A stretch of DNA of 64,000 nt from Deltaproteobacteria bacterium UBA6601 (GTDB taxonomy: Bacteria; Myxococcota_A; UBA796; UBA9615), in contig DJIF01000015.1 in assembly GCA_002433485.1 (NCBI GenBank), forward strand, positions 25,232 to 89,231. The letters run 5' to 3'. A program made the position numbers and the translations under genes. Position 1 is the first letter of the stretch. Every line of letters starts with the position of its first letter. Positions 38,896 through 49,371 of the stretch are shown here, piece after piece. The notes under the pieces were generated by a model that saw nothing but the letters and a program-made list of their open reading frames with translations, searched no databases and was not told the origin of the DNA.

Positions 38896-39549
38896 CTACA
38901 GAGCCGCGGCACCAAACTCAGCCAGTCTCTGACTTAACTCAGCGCAGAGTTCGTCAGCAAGACTGTCTAAATCAGCTGCACCAGCGACGCGACGCTGCGC
39001 CAGCGCGGCGCTCGGCTCCACAAAGCGGCGATGCATTGGCGCTACTGTAGCCTCGAACTGGGCCCGAACCGAGGCCTCGCTGCGCCCTCTCTCCATCACA
39101 TCACGGGCCAGTCGCCGCGACAGCCTGGTCGCCGGGTCGCACTCAACAAAAACTCGCCAATCCAAGCGTGAGACCAGTTCAGGCCAATGAAACAAGAGGA
39201 TCCCATCAACAACAATCACTCCAGCTGGCGTGACCTTGCGACTCTGCTCCGAGCGGTCGTGCCGGGCAAAGTCATAAACCGGTTCCGCTACCGAGTCTCC
39301 GTCAATTAGCGCATCGAGATGAGCAGCAAAGAGCCTGGCGTCCAGGCTATCTGGATGATCAAAGTTCTCCTGCTCCCGCACTGCCGGCTGCAGATGTCCC
39401 AGAGGGCGATAGTAGGAATCAAAACACAGGCGGGCTGGAGCCACCTCCAGGCGCTCACACAAAGCGGCGACCAAGCTGCTCTTGCCTGAGCAGCTACCCC
39501 CACAGATCCCCATCACAAAGGGGCGAGTTACCTGTCCCTGCATCGTCAA
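38896..39549 (-). CDS. udk: uridine kinase / PRK-family nucleoside kinase
   Basis: P-loop VMGICGGSCSGKSS and ..VIVVDGILLFHWPEL.. match the uridine kinase pattern. Confidence 0.7.
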   Translation of the reverse strand: MTMQGQVTRPFVMGICGGSCSGKSSLVAALCERLEVAPARLCFDSYYRPLGHLQPAVREQENFDHPDSLDARLFAAHLDALIDGDSVAEPVYDFARHDRSEQSRKVTPAGVIVVDGILLFHWPELVSRLDWRVFVECDPATRLSRRLARDVMERGRSEASVRAQFEATVAPMHRRFVEPSAALAQRRVAGAADLDSLADELCAELSQRLAEFGAAAL

Positions 39550-39648
39550 CTTCTACCCCCTCGCCGTTCAGGCGTGTAGACTTATAGGACCCGAAGTGGC
39601 TCCGCTACGGCGGTTGCCATCCCAAGGACCCGCCCCAATGGAGAGCCC

Positions 39649-40017
39649 ATGGAGTTTAATCTGCGCGCCCCTTCCACCCAGATCGACAACAGCGATAAAG
39701 ACTACGCCAGGAAAAAGCTGACCAATGCCCTCGGCAAAGTCGTCGGCAGCACCAGCGCTCGCGTTGACGTTGAAATCAGCTCGCCCAGTCAAAGCTCTGG
39801 CAAGCCGTTGACCAAGGTCGACGTTCATGTCTTCATTCCACGAGCAAAAAAGCAAGTCGTCAACGTCGAAGCGGAAGAGCTCAGAGAGTGTATTGATCTG
39901 GCCACAGACAAGATCATGCGGGCCGTTAAGAGGGATAGAAACCGCAGGCGTGACAAGCTGCGCCACTCGGGCGAGTTCAAAATAGCGACCAGTCCCCTGG
40001 ACGAGGACGACATCTAG
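39649..40017 (+). CDS. hpf: ribosome hibernation-promoting factor / RaiA (YfiA) family
   Basis: MEFNLRAP..DYARKKL..VDVHVF..ELRECIDLATDKIMRAVKRDRNRRRDK follows the HPF beta-alpha-beta-beta-beta-alpha pattern. 122 aa. Confidence 0.65.
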   Translation: MEFNLRAPSTQIDNSDKDYARKKLTNALGKVVGSTSARVDVEISSPSQSSGKPLTKVDVHVFIPRAKKQVVNVEAEELRECIDLATDKIMRAVKRDRNRRRDKLRHSGEFKIATSPLDEDDI

Positions 40018-40031
40018 GCCAACAGCTCAGC

Positions 40032-40046
40032 CAGACCACAGGTCTG
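40032..40046. terminator. short hairpin (cagacc-aca-ggtctg) between convergent hpf and lgt2
   Basis: 6-bp stem only, with no clear U-tract. Confidence 0.2.
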
Positions 40047-40047
40047 C

Positions 40048-40986
40048 TCAATCTTGTCCTGCCGGTTCGGCTCCTACCGGGGCCGGCCAGACGGGTCTGC
40101 TGCGCGACTCGCGCCAAACCAGCAAGCCTGCGACCAGGACCCCAAGGGAACCATACTGGGCCGGAGTCAAGCCCAGGTACCGCGCATCAGCATGGCCAAG
40201 ATCGATATTACGTAGGAAGTCGAGGAAGAATCGAACGCTGCCATAGATCAGCAGAACCACCACCATCAGCACACCCTCGCGACGGGGCTTACGCATGACA
40301 ACCATAAGCACTGCGAAGACCAAGGCCGCGAGGAGGGAGTCCATCAGTCCGAGGTCGAAGCGAACCGTATCCAGCAGCTGGTAATTACCACCCAGGAAGC
40401 GATAGGTGTCCTCACCAGCAGCCCGGGCGGCCTGGAACTCTGCCGTGGTCGGGTAGCGCACTGCAAGCCAACCGATCGTACTCTGCACCCAGGCCGGGGC
40501 TTCGGTAACCCGCCTACCGATGTGATCGTGGACCATGAAGCAGCCGAGGCGGCCGAGGAACCAGCCGAAGGTCAAGCCCACCAGCAACACATCAGAGCCT
40601 CTAAGGACGTTCACCCCGCGACGGCGAAAGAACATCACAGCAAGAACCGCACAGCCAAAGAACCCACCATAAGAAGACAGGCCAGACCAGATGTAGAGCA
40701 ATTCCCAGGGTTTCTCCAGGTAATAGGCCGGGTCATAAAACAGCGCATGTCCGAGATGGCCGAATACCAGCGCACCCCCAGCAAGCCAAACGACCACGTC
40801 ACCGTACAACTGGGGATCCATGCCACGCTGCCGGGCAATGCGCTGACAGACGATGGTGCCAAAGACAAAGCCCATCGCCACCAGGAAGCCCCAGGGTTGA
40901 ATCACAATGGGGCCGATGATTTCTAGGGGTGCCGGGCGGAAGTAGGGAATCACAGTGGCTCCTGGTCCGATGCTCGCCCCTTGCAA
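40048..40986 (-). CDS. lgt: prolipoprotein diacylglyceryl transferase, second paralogue
   Basis: ..YIWSGLSSYGGFFGCAVLAVMFFRRRG.. and ..FGWFLGRLGCFMVHDHIG.. are Lgt signature regions. Seven predicted TM helices. Confidence 0.65.
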   Translation of the reverse strand: MQGASIGPGATVIPYFRPAPLEIIGPIVIQPWGFLVAMGFVFGTIVCQRIARQRGMDPQLYGDVVVWLAGGALVFGHLGHALFYDPAYYLEKPWELLYIWSGLSSYGGFFGCAVLAVMFFRRRGVNVLRGSDVLLVGLTFGWFLGRLGCFMVHDHIGRRVTEAPAWVQSTIGWLAVRYPTTAEFQAARAAGEDTYRFLGGNYQLLDTVRFDLGLMDSLLAALVFAVLMVVMRKPRREGVLMVVVLLIYGSVRFFLDFLRNIDLGHADARYLGLTPAQYGSLGVLVAGLLVWRESRSRPVWPAPVGAEPAGQD

Positions 40987-41020
40987 GCGCTAATGGGCCC
41001 GCTGCTGTTGCGAACTGGCC

Positions 41021-41063
41021 AAAAAAACAGCCTCAGCCAGGCCTAGGGCCTGACTGAGGCTGT
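41021..41063 (-). terminator. rho-independent terminator of groESL
   Basis: On the minus strand: GC-rich hairpin (cagcctcag / ctgaggctg outer stem, caggcc / ggcctg inner stem) followed directly by U7 (a-run at 41021-41027 on the plus strand), 24 nt past the groEL stop. Confidence 0.8.
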
Positions 41064-41086
41064 CAGAATCTACCGCAAACGAGCCC

Positions 41087-42685
41087 CTAGTGGCTGTGCT
41101 CGTCAGAATCGGCGGGTGCCTCGGCAATCATCGCCTCGGTGGTCAGTAAAAGACCAGAGACAGAAGCTGCGTTCTGCAAAGCCGAGCGGGTCACCTTGGT
41201 GGGGTCGATGATGCCCGCCTCAATTAGATCACAGTACTCGCCGGTAGCTGCGTTCAAGCCAAAAGCGCCCTTGCCGTCACGCACAGTAGCGACCGCAATG
41301 GAGGGATCCAGGTCGCCATTGTCTGCGATGGTGCGCAAGGGAGTCTCGATGGCGCGCCGAATGATGTCGACACCAAAGCGCTCGTCACCAATGGAATCCA
41401 CCGCCTCAAGACTCGACTGAATCCGAATAAGGGCAACGCCGCCGCCGGCTACAACACCCTCCTCGACCGCAGCCCGGGTTGCATTGAGGGCATCCTCAAC
41501 ACGCGCCTTCTTCTCCTTCATCTCAGTCTCGGTGGCTGCACCCACATAGATCACAGCGACGCCACCGACGAGCTTGGCCAGACGCTCTTGGAGCTTCTCA
41601 CGATCGTAATCGGAGCTGGTCTCCTCAATCTGGCGCTCAATCTGATTAACGCGCGCCTTGATCCCGGACTGACTGCCGCCACCATCGACGACCACCGTAG
41701 TGTCCTTGTCGACCGTAATCCGGTTGGCGCTGCCGAGGTCATCAAGAGTGAGTTGCTCAAGCTTGATCCCGAGATCCTCCATCACCGCCCGACCACCAGT
41801 GAGAACAGCGATGTCCTCGAGCATGGCCTTGCGCCGATCGCCAAAGCCGGGAGCCTTGACTGCGCAGACATTGAGGGTGCCACGGATCTTGTTGACAACC
41901 AGGGTAGCCAGGGCCTCACCATCGACATCTTCGGCGATGATCATGAGGGGGCGTCCGGTCTTGGCGACCTGCTCGAGCACGGGCAGCAGATCCTTCATGT
42001 TGGACAGCTTCTTCTCGTGGATGAGGATGTGGGGATTCTCGAGGACCACCTCCATACGCTCGGGATCGGTAACGAAATAAGGGCTGAGATAGCCGCGGTC
42101 AAACTGCATGCCCTCGACCACCTCCAGAGAGGTCTCCAGGGACTTGGCCTCTTCCACGGTGATCACGCCAGCCTTGCCGACCTTCTCCATAGCCTCAGCG
42201 ATGATATCACCGATGGTGGTATCACCATTCGCCGAGATGGTACCCACCTGCGCGATCTCCTTCTGCTCGCGAGTGGGCTTGCTCAGGCCCTGCAGAGATG
42301 CAACTGCAGCGGCAACCGCCTTATCGATACCCCGCTTCAAATCCATAGGGTTAACCCCAGCGGTCACCAGCTTCGCACCCTCCCGGTAGATGGCCTGCGC
42401 CAGAACCGTGGCAGTGGTGGTGCCGTCACCGGCAACATCAGACGTCTTAGAGGCGACCTCCTTGACCATCTGCGCACCCATATTCTCGAACTTGTCTTCA
42501 AGCTCGATCTCCTTGGCTACCGTGACACCGTCCTTGGTGATCACCGGTGAGCCCCAGCTCTTCTCTAACACCACGTTGCGGCCGCGAGGCCCCATGGTCA
42601 CCTTTACGGCATTAGAAAGGGTGTCGACCCCACGCATAATCTCTTCTCGGGCGTCGTGAGTGAAATGGATTTCCTTAGCGCTCAT
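41087..42685 (-). CDS. groEL: chaperonin GroEL (Hsp60)
   Basis: [76 protein letters not shown].. matches GroEL along its length. The C-terminus ..[11 protein letters not shown] lacks the usual GGM tail. Confidence 0.95.
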   Translation of the reverse strand: MSAKEIHFTHDAREEIMRGVDTLSNAVKVTMGPRGRNVVLEKSWGSPVITKDGVTVAKEIELEDKFENMGAQMVKEVASKTSDVAGDGTTTATVLAQAIYREGAKLVTAGVNPMDLKRGIDKAVAAAVASLQGLSKPTREQKEIAQVGTISANGDTTIGDIIAEAMEKVGKAGVITVEEAKSLETSLEVVEGMQFDRGYLSPYFVTDPERMEVVLENPHILIHEKKLSNMKDLLPVLEQVAKTGRPLMIIAEDVDGEALATLVVNKIRGTLNVCAVKAPGFGDRRKAMLEDIAVLTGGRAVMEDLGIKLEQLTLDDLGSANRITVDKDTTVVVDGGGSQSGIKARVNQIERQIEETSSDYDREKLQERLAKLVGGVAVIYVGAATETEMKEKKARVEDALNATRAAVEEGVVAGGGVALIRIQSSLEAVDSIGDERFGVDIIRRAIETPLRTIADNGDLDPSIAVATVRDGKGAFGLNAATGEYCDLIEAGIIDPTKVTRSALQNAASVSGLLLTTEAMIAEAPADSDEHSH

Positions 42686-42735
42686 CGTTTCTCCTGGGCA
42701 ATGGGTCTTCTACGCAGCGTGACTGCTGGACAGGT

Positions 42736-43026
42736 CTAGTTATCAATAACTGCGAGGATCTCGTCCTCACGAAGGATCAGGTGGTCCTCACCGTCAAGTT
42801 GAATCTCGTCGCCGCCGTACTTACCGAAAAGCACCCTCTCACCAACCTTAAGGGTCGGGCTACGACGGCTGCCATTCTTGAGCAACTTGCCAGCGCCAAC
42901 TGCCACGATCAGAGCCTCAAGCGGCTTCTCCTTAGCGGTGTCGGGGATGATGATACCGCCAGCGCTCATCTCGATGGAGTCGGTGCGCTTAACGAGTATG
43001 CGGTCATTGAGAGGGGTGAAGTTCAT
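42736..43026 (-). CDS. groES: co-chaperonin GroES (Hsp10)
   Basis: MNFTPLNDRILVKRTDSIEMSAGGIIIPDTAKEKP..GERVLFGKYGG..ILREDEILAVI. 96 aa from ATG 43026. The track extension to 43161 was rejected. Confidence 0.9.
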   Translation of the reverse strand: MNFTPLNDRILVKRTDSIEMSAGGIIIPDTAKEKPLEALIVAVGAGKLLKNGSRRSPTLKVGERVLFGKYGGDEIQLDGEDHLILREDEILAVIDN

Positions 43027-43208
43027 CGGATCTCCGGGAAGCGCTGCAGAGCGCAAAATCCACAGCGGGAATTCGCTTATTGATATGAGAGAAGACAGAT
43101 CTGTGTCTCCGGGCCGGAACCGTAGCCACCCCAGAATTGCTGTCAAGGGGTCAATGGCCATCTTTCAACAGTTCTGCCGATTGTGTGGATTTCTTGACCT
43201 TTGATCGC

Positions 43209-43236
43209 TTGACACCGAATCGGGCCTGATTACATT
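43209..43236 (+). promoter_or_regulatory. candidate sigma70-like promoter for dnaK (TTGACA-N16-TACATT)
   Basis: Seen in the AT-richer groES/dnaK divergent spacer, about 85 nt upstream of the dnaK ATG. No CIRCE inverted repeat was recognised by eye in this spacer. Confidence 0.3.
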
Positions 43237-43322
43237 TCGCTTCGCCAGACCCCGACAACGCCTTTATTTAAGTCATTTCAAGCGCTTACAAAATCCAATA
43301 GCGCAACAGCGAGGAACAGGAC

Positions 43323-45230
43323 ATGAGCAAGATCATCGGCATCGACCTCGGAACCACCAACTCGGTAGTCTCCGTCATCGAAGGCAGCGAGCCCAAGGTC
43401 ATCACCAACGAAGAGGGTGCGCGCACGACGCCGTCGGTGGTCGCCTACACCAAGGATGGTGAGCGACTGGTCGGTCAGGCAGCACGCCGCCAGGCCATCA
43501 CCAATCCAACCCGCACAGTGTTCTCAGCCAAGCGCTTCATGGGCATGAGCTTCGAAGACATGCAGGGCGAAGTGGATAACGTCCCTTATGACCTGGTCAA
43601 GGCCAAGACCGGTGGCTGCGCCATCAGCATCGATGGCAAGAAGCACACCCCACCTGAGATCAGCGCTCAAGTCCTGATGAAGCTCAAGCGAGCGGCCGAA
43701 GAGTACCTGGGTGAAAAAGTCAGCGAAGCCGTCATTACGGTTCCTGCATACTTCAACGACAGTCAGCGGCAGGCCACCAAGGATGCGGGCAAGATTGCCG
43801 GGCTTGAGGTCAAGCGCATCATCAATGAGCCCACTGCAGCGGCGCTGGCCTACGGACTCGACAAGAAGAATGATGAAATGGTCGCAGTTTTCGACCTGGG
43901 CGGAGGAACCTTCGACATCTCCATTTTGGAGATCGGTGACAACGTCGTCGAGGTGAAGGCCACCAACGGCGACACTCACCTGGGCGGTGACGATGTCGAC
44001 CAGGTGATCATCGATTGGCTTATTGCCGAGTTCAAGAAGGACACCGGCATGGATGTAGCCTCCGACAAGATGGTGCTGCAACGCCTGAAGGAAGCTGCGG
44101 AGAAGGCCAAGATCGAGCTCTCCAGCACCCAGCAGACCGAGATCAACCTGCCCTTCCTGACCGCCGACGCAAGCGGTCCCAAGCACATGCAGACTTCACT
44201 CTCGAGGAGCAAGTTCGAGCAGATGATCGAGCCCATCATCAGCCGCGCTATGAAGCCGGTGAAGGCCTGCCTCAAGGACTCTGGCCTCAAGGCCAGTGAG
44301 ATCGACGAGGTGGTGCTGGTTGGCGGTTCAACCCGCATCCCCGCGGTCCAGCGCTCGGTGGAAGAGTTCTTCGGCAAGGACGCCAACCGCTCGGTTAACC
44401 CCGACGAGGTGGTGGCCATGGGCGCCGCAGTTCAGGGTGGTGTCTTCACCGGGCAGGTATCCGATGTACTGCTGCTCGACGTCACTCCGCTCAGCCTGGG
44501 AATCGAAACCCTCGGCGGAGTGATGACCCGTCTTATCGAGCGCAACACGACGGTCCCATGTGAGAAGACCGAGGTCTTCAGTACCGCTGCCGACAACCAG
44601 ACCGCAGTAGACATTCACGTCCTCCAGGGCGAACGTGAATTCTCTCGAGACAACCGAACTATGGGACGCTTCCAGTTGGTCGGCCTGCCGCCGGCTCCAC
44701 GGGGAGTACCGCAGGTCGAGGTGAAGTTCGAGATCGATGCTGACGGCATCGTCCACGTATCGGCCAAGGACAAGGCCACGGGTAAGGAGCAGAGCATTAA
44801 GATCGAAGCCAGCTCAGGACTGAGCAAGGAAGAAATCGACGCGCTGGTCTCCGAGGCTGAGAGCCACGCTGAAGAAGACAAGAAGCAGCGTGACGCAGTG
44901 GAGAAGCGCAACACGCTTGACACCGTCATCTACCAGACCGACAAGCTCCTCAAGGAGAACGCCGAGAAGGTTCCGGCTGAGACTCAAGAGAAGCTTGCAG
45001 GAGTCCTGGAGCGTGGGCGTAAGGCGGTAGAGTCTGAGGACACAGACGAGATTGATGCAGTCCTCGCTGAGATCGAGAGCCTCAACCACGAGTTGGCCGA
45101 GGCCATGTACAAGTCCGAAGGTGATGCGCCTGGCGCAGGAGCCGAGCAGGGCTTCGAGCAGGCCGCTGCCAGTGGCGCCCAGCCTGCCGATGACAATGTC
45201 ATTGACGCTGAGTTCGAAGAGAGCACCTAG
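43323..45230 (+). CDS. dnaK: molecular chaperone DnaK (Hsp70)
   Basis: [18 protein letters not shown].., [21 protein letters not shown]. 635 aa. AGGAACAGGAC upstream. Confidence 0.95.
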   Translation: MSKIIGIDLGTTNSVVSVIEGSEPKVITNEEGARTTPSVVAYTKDGERLVGQAARRQAITNPTRTVFSAKRFMGMSFEDMQGEVDNVPYDLVKAKTGGCAISIDGKKHTPPEISAQVLMKLKRAAEEYLGEKVSEAVITVPAYFNDSQRQATKDAGKIAGLEVKRIINEPTAAALAYGLDKKNDEMVAVFDLGGGTFDISILEIGDNVVEVKATNGDTHLGGDDVDQVIIDWLIAEFKKDTGMDVASDKMVLQRLKEAAEKAKIELSSTQQTEINLPFLTADASGPKHMQTSLSRSKFEQMIEPIISRAMKPVKACLKDSGLKASEIDEVVLVGGSTRIPAVQRSVEEFFGKDANRSVNPDEVVAMGAAVQGGVFTGQVSDVLLLDVTPLSLGIETLGGVMTRLIERNTTVPCEKTEVFSTAADNQTAVDIHVLQGEREFSRDNRTMGRFQLVGLPPAPRGVPQVEVKFEIDADGIVHVSAKDKATGKEQSIKIEASSGLSKEEIDALVSEAESHAEEDKKQRDAVEKRNTLDTVIYQTDKLLKENAEKVPAETQEKLAGVLERGRKAVESEDTDEIDAVLAEIESLNHELAEAMYKSEGDAPGAGAEQGFEQAAASGAQPADDNVIDAEFEEST

Positions 45231-45252
45231 CTCTCCTGGCCACAGCCATTCA

Positions 45253-45285
45253 CTGCGGCCCCGGAGCAGCGCTCCGGGGCCGCAG
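45253..45285 (+). terminator. perfect 15-bp-stem GC-rich hairpin downstream of dnaK (terminator-like; no U-tract)
   Basis: ctgcggccccggagc-agc-gctccggggccgcag is an exact inverted repeat, 23 nt after the dnaK stop. Confidence 0.5.
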
Positions 45286-45353
45286 CGGTTCTGTCCTGAA
45301 GTTCCTCAATGTGCTCCTTGCCGTAGCCAAAGCAAAGCATAATTAGGAGGCGC

Positions 45354-45368
45354 TAGCAGTAACTGCTA
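45354..45368 (+). promoter_or_regulatory. 15-bp perfect palindrome TAGCAGT-A-ACTGCTA upstream of the RHH/HTH gene (candidate operator)
   Basis: Located in an AT-richer spacer 14 nt upstream of the ATG at 45382. Confidence 0.3.
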
Positions 45369-45381
45369 TCATTAACTGAAG

Positions 45382-46263
45382 ATGGCAGGTAAACGCGTCC
45401 AATTCAATGTTCGAGTTCGGCAGGAAGTGGCCCGCGACCTGCGTGCAGAAGCCGCCTTGCGTGAGATCGGTATGGGCGAACTGGTTGAGCTTCTCAGCGA
45501 AAACTATCGCGCTGGCACGCGCAGCGGCCACTGGCTGGAGCTGGACCCCCCGCTAGAAGCAGCGCTCACCGCCCTTGCAGCAATCCGCGGCGAAGACCCG
45601 GAGCGGGTACTCCAGGGGCTGGTCGCTGGGCTGGTCCGCGAACAGCTGCAGGGGATCCTCGACCACCTGCCGAGCCTTGAGCAGACATTAGACGGCACGG
45701 TGATCGCCGCGCTACAGGAGAGCCCCAGTGGTCATCTTCCAGAAACTGGCACCAGCACCTCTGATGACCATGAAGAAATCGAAATTGATGCCTCTGGCTG
45801 GATCGAGCCAGAGGAAGTTGAGCTGAGCCTGCCATCCATTGAGCTTGATGCCGTAGCCCCGCACAGTGACCCGGGCGAGCTGGTGCTCGACGCAGAACAG
45901 TGGCCTGAGGAAGAAGAGGTCTCGCTGGGCGACTTCGAGGAAGACGAGCGGGCCGATAGCCTCGCCCCCCCAACCAGCCCTGCAAGCCCCTGGACAGGAG
46001 ACGAAGATCGGCGCCGGCGCTCCCGCGAAGTCGCCCTCAGCCCTGAGGAGCAGCGACGCTTTGAGGACCTCCCCGCTGGTCTGCCCAGAACCGGTGATGA
46101 GCTGCGCAGGTTCCGCCAACAGCAAGGCCTCAGCCCCAGCGAGTTGGGCTCGCTTTGCGGGGTCACCCAGGTCGCAGTGGGACTCTGGGAGAAAAAGGGG
46201 CCACTCCCGGCCCACATTCTGCTCAAACTGGGAGATGGACTGCGCAGGTACTTCCTGCGATAG
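45382..46263 (+). CDS. DNA-binding protein: N-terminal ribbon-helix-helix-like segment, acidic linker, C-terminal XRE-type helix-turn-helix
   Basis: MAGKRVQFNVRVRQEVARDLRAEAA (RHH-like strand-helix). Long D/E-rich middle. C-terminal LRRFRQQQGLSPSELGSLCGVTQVAVGLWEKKGPLP (HTH_XRE). Confidence 0.5.
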   Translation: MAGKRVQFNVRVRQEVARDLRAEAALREIGMGELVELLSENYRAGTRSGHWLELDPPLEAALTALAAIRGEDPERVLQGLVAGLVREQLQGILDHLPSLEQTLDGTVIAALQESPSGHLPETGTSTSDDHEEIEIDASGWIEPEEVELSLPSIELDAVAPHSDPGELVLDAEQWPEEEEVSLGDFEEDERADSLAPPTSPASPWTGDEDRRRRSREVALSPEEQRRFEDLPAGLPRTGDELRRFRQQQGLSPSELGSLCGVTQVAVGLWEKKGPLPAHILLKLGDGLRRYFLR

Positions 46264-46270
46264 TCCGGCG

Positions 46271-47317
46271 ATGCACAAGCTCGCCAAAGTTTCCGTCCTC
46301 TTCCTTGCGATTACCGTCAGTGGATGCATGGCTTCGGTCCAGGTTCGCCTGCTGCAACCGGCTGAAGTAAGCCTGCCAGCAGATGTCAAGAACCTTGCGG
46401 TCGTCGACCGCAGCGCTGTCGGTGACGCCGGTGAGGGCTTCCTCTCCGTAGTGGAGGGAATGTTTACCGACGAGACCATCATGGGAGACCGACAGGGAGC
46501 AGAAGAGGCGATCGACGAGTTGGTGCTTACTCTGGCTGAGTCGCCGCGCTTCAGTGCTACACCAGTTCGGGCGAGCCGGGAAGAGGTCGGCTCCAGCCTG
46601 TTTGATGATCAGCTCTCCCAGGAGATCGTCAATAAACTGTGCGCGGACACTGGCGCTCAGGCCCTGGTCTCACTTGAATACTTCGACTCCGACACCGAGC
46701 AGGACCACAATATTCGGCGCAGCGAGTCCACCGACAGCGACGGCAACACAGTCGTGAAGCGAATCCATGATGTGCGTCGCACCACCGAAGTGACCCTGAC
46801 CTGGCGGGTCTACGACGCCGATCAAGCAGTCCTCCTCGACGAGCTCGACGACATCACCATCAGTAGAACCCACACTGGCAGCGCCTCAACCGAAGGCTCC
46901 GCCTGGGGGACACTGCCCAATCGTGACGCCACCATCAAGGGCATCGGCAAGGCTGCTGGGCTGAGCTACGGACGCCGTATCGCCCCCAGCTACGTCAGTG
47001 AGAATCGCCAGTACTACGCGGACAAAGACGACCGCCTGAAGGAAGCCGCCGAAGAGGTCCGCGAGGACCGCTGGGACCAAGCCGCAGCCCTCTGGCGACA
47101 AGTTCTAGATGACGCCGACCCCGAACTGGCAGGCCGGGCGGCCTACAATCTGGCCGTCTCCCTGGAGCTGGGTGGCCTTATAGATGAGGCCATCGAGATG
47201 CAGCAGCGAGCGGTCGAGATGCTGGACAACAGCCAGGCCCGCTACTACCTGAGCACCTTGCGCGACCGGGCGCGTGATCTGACCAAGCTGGACCGCCAGA
47301 TGGAAGGTGCTGAGTAA
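46271..47317 (+). CDS. hypothetical lipoprotein with C-terminal TPR-like helical region
   Basis: MHKLAKVSVLFLAITVSGC (lipobox), ATG 9 nt after the preceding stop. C-terminal ..AAYNLAVSLELGGLIDEAIEMQQRAVEML.. The track start at 45866 was rejected. Confidence 0.5.
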   Translation: MHKLAKVSVLFLAITVSGCMASVQVRLLQPAEVSLPADVKNLAVVDRSAVGDAGEGFLSVVEGMFTDETIMGDRQGAEEAIDELVLTLAESPRFSATPVRASREEVGSSLFDDQLSQEIVNKLCADTGAQALVSLEYFDSDTEQDHNIRRSESTDSDGNTVVKRIHDVRRTTEVTLTWRVYDADQAVLLDELDDITISRTHTGSASTEGSAWGTLPNRDATIKGIGKAAGLSYGRRIAPSYVSENRQYYADKDDRLKEAAEEVREDRWDQAAALWRQVLDDADPELAGRAAYNLAVSLELGGLIDEAIEMQQRAVEMLDNSQARYYLSTLRDRARDLTKLDRQMEGAE

Positions 47318-47318
47318 C

Positions 47319-48155
47319 TCAAGTTAGGGGCTCAAGCGTACCAATCTTCTGACCCAGTCGTAGTTCCTGCCCTGCGGTTACGCTCCAGCTAACCCGACCC
47401 GGCTCCAACAACAGCACCACGGTACTGCCCATCTCAAAGCGCCCCAGTTCTGCGCCCCGCGCAACAGCGACAGGCTCGGCGAACTCGCGGTCCTCCATCG
47501 GTGTCCCTGTGTTGGTTACCAGAGGAGCAGCGACCATCCGCATCCTGCCGACCCCAAAAGCTCCTACCATCACGCAGGCGAGCTCTCCACCATCACAGGC
47601 CAGTCGAAGGATGAGGCGTTCATTGCGAGCAAACAGATCACGAATCCGACGGGTAGCAGCAGGAAAGACTGGCCACAGCCTGCCCGGTCGATAACGAAAG
47701 CCAAGCAAGCGACCTTCGCGCGGGCTGTGAACCCGGTGATAGTCCTTGGGACTCAGATAAATCACGGCAAACTCGCCAGCTTCATAACGAGCGTCCCCGT
47801 CGAGGAGATCGCGGACCGCATAGTCGAGTTCGCCGGCCTGAGGCAGGCGACCGCCTGCAACGCGACCCACCGCATAAACCACCCCGTCCACCGGTGAAAC
47901 CAGATCTTGAGGGCCTGCTGAGATCTCCCGCACCCCGGGCCGCAGGGCCCTAACAAAGAAACTGGCGAGGGTCGGATAGTCGTCGATGCTGCCCTCGCAT
48001 TCATCGAGATCAACCCCGTAATGAGAGACGTACCAACCCACCAACAGACGATGCAGCAAGCGGGGCAGACGGAAGCGAGTGAGCGCGCCCATCAGCCGAG
48101 AAACAGGACCTCGGGGCAGCACCGACAGCAGACTGATCACCAACGCATCTTTCAT
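47319..48155 (-). CDS. psd: phosphatidylserine decarboxylase proenzyme
   Basis: ..[25 protein letters not shown].. and the autocleavage LGST-type site ([10 protein letters not shown]). Start at ATG 48155 ([14 protein letters not shown]..). The track start at 48233 would cover the dnaJ RBS. Confidence 0.7.
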   Translation of the reverse strand: MKDALVISLLSVLPRGPVSRLMGALTRFRLPRLLHRLLVGWYVSHYGVDLDECEGSIDDYPTLASFFVRALRPGVREISAGPQDLVSPVDGVVYAVGRVAGGRLPQAGELDYAVRDLLDGDARYEAGEFAVIYLSPKDYHRVHSPREGRLLGFRYRPGRLWPVFPAATRRIRDLFARNERLILRLACDGGELACVMVGAFGVGRMRMVAAPLVTNTGTPMEDREFAEPVAVARGAELGRFEMGSTVVLLLEPGRVSWSVTAGQELRLGQKIGTLEPLT

Positions 48156-48221
48156 TGCGGGGCGAGGATACACGGCTGGACTTGACAGCGGCGGCTCGCT
48201 GGTTAGCTTTCTGCCTTCCGC

Positions 48222-48227
48222 AAAGGA
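48222..48227 (+). promoter_or_regulatory. ribosome-binding site of dnaJ (AAGGAG, 7-nt spacer to TTG start)
   Basis: caaAGGAGcccaccTTGtccgcaaagcgcgattactacgaa encodes (M)SAKRDYYE, the canonical DnaJ N-terminus. Confidence 0.6.
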
Positions 48228-48234
48228 GCCCACC

Positions 48235-49371
48235 TTGTCCGCAAAGCGCGATTACTACGAAGTCCTGGGCGTAGCTCGGGATGCCCAGGCAAAAGAGCTG
48301 AAGAAAGCCTATCGCCAGCTCGCCCTTAAGAACCACCCCGACCGCAACCCTGGCGACAAACAGGCCGAAGCGCGCTTCAAGGAAGCGGCAGAGGCCTACG
48401 AAGTACTGAGCAACGACGACAAGCGCAGTATGTACGACCGCTTCGGCCACGACGGGCTGCGGGGAGCTGGCTACCAGGGTTTCTCTGGTGGCGTCGATGA
48501 CATCTTCTCCGCCTTTGGCGACATGTTCTCCGACCTGTTTGGCTTCAGCGGTGGTGGCCGCCGCCGTGGCGGCGGCAATGGACCCGCCCGCGGCTCTGAT
48601 CTGCGCTATGACCTTGTGGTCGACTTCGAAGCAGCGGCCTTTGGCAGCACTGAAGAAGTAACCATCCACCGCGATGAAGACTGCGCCACCTGCTCGGGCA
48701 CGGGCGGCAAGCCCGGCAGCCAGCCGGAGCAATGTACTACCTGCGGTGGTCGGGGCGAGGTTATCCAGCAGCAAAGCTTTCTGCAGATTCGCACCGCCTG
48801 CCCCAGCTGCCGTGGAGCTGGCCAGCGCTACGCTGAAACATGCCAGGACTGCCATGGCCGCAAGCGCGTCCAAAAAGCTCGAGAGCTCAGCGTCACGGTA
48901 CCCCCAGGAGTCGACGACAGCATGCAACTGAGACTCACCGGCGAGGGCGAGCCCGGCGCACGTGGCGGCCCCCCAGGCGACCTCTATGTGGTCCTTCGAG
49001 TGCAGCCACATGAGATCTTCGAGCGTCATGACGACGACGTCATCTGCCAGCTAGATCTATCAGTCGCCCAGGCCGCGCTGGGCGATGAGATGACCGTACC
49101 CACCCTCGACGGCGAGAAAAGTGTCACCATTCCGGCGGGCACCCGTACCGGCAATCTGCTGCGTATCAAGGGACAGGGCATCCCCAACGTGCGCTCGGGC
49201 GAACGCGGCGATCAAGTCATGCAGGCTTTTGTAGACACGCCGCGGTCCCTGACTGATCGACAAAAAGAACTACTTCGCGAGTTCGCTGAGATCGATGGCG
49301 CCAAGGTGAAAGAACAAGCGGGGCTTGGGAGCCTACGGCGGTTTCTCTCACGACTCGCCGGCAACGAGTGA
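48235..49371 (+). CDS. dnaJ: molecular chaperone DnaJ (Hsp40, type I)
   Basis: J-domain [13 protein letters not shown]-rich linker, four CxxCxGxG zinc-finger repeats ([32 protein letters not shown]), and a C-terminal domain. TTG start. Confidence 0.9.
   Translation: MSAKRDYYEVLGVARDAQAKELKKAYRQLALKNHPDRNPGDKQAEARFKEAAEAYEVLSNDDKRSMYDRFGHDGLRGAGYQGFSGGVDDIFSAFGDMFSDLFGFSGGGRRRGGGNGPARGSDLRYDLVVDFEAAAFGSTEEVTIHRDEDCATCSGTGGKPGSQPEQCTTCGGRGEVIQQQSFLQIRTACPSCRGAGQRYAETCQDCHGRKRVQKARELSVTVPPGVDDSMQLRLTGEGEPGARGGPPGDLYVVLRVQPHEIFERHDDDVICQLDLSVAQAALGDEMTVPTLDGEKSVTIPAGTRTGNLLRIKGQGIPNVRSGERGDQVMQAFVDTPRSLTDRQKELLREFAEIDGAKVKEQAGLGSLRRFLSRLAGNE

Noticed and set aside
41588-42550. 320-aa ORF antisense to groEL, and 43524-44186 antisense to dnaK
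   Set aside because: Both sit opposite near-universal chaperone genes and neither has homology features.
43027-43322. Search for a CIRCE (HrcA) operator in the groES/dnaK divergent spacer
   Set aside because: No TTAGCACTC-N9-GAGTGCTAA-like inverted repeat was seen by eye, only a 10-bp palindrome ACAGATCTGT (about 43093-43102) and small GC stems. This was left as an absence, not a feature.
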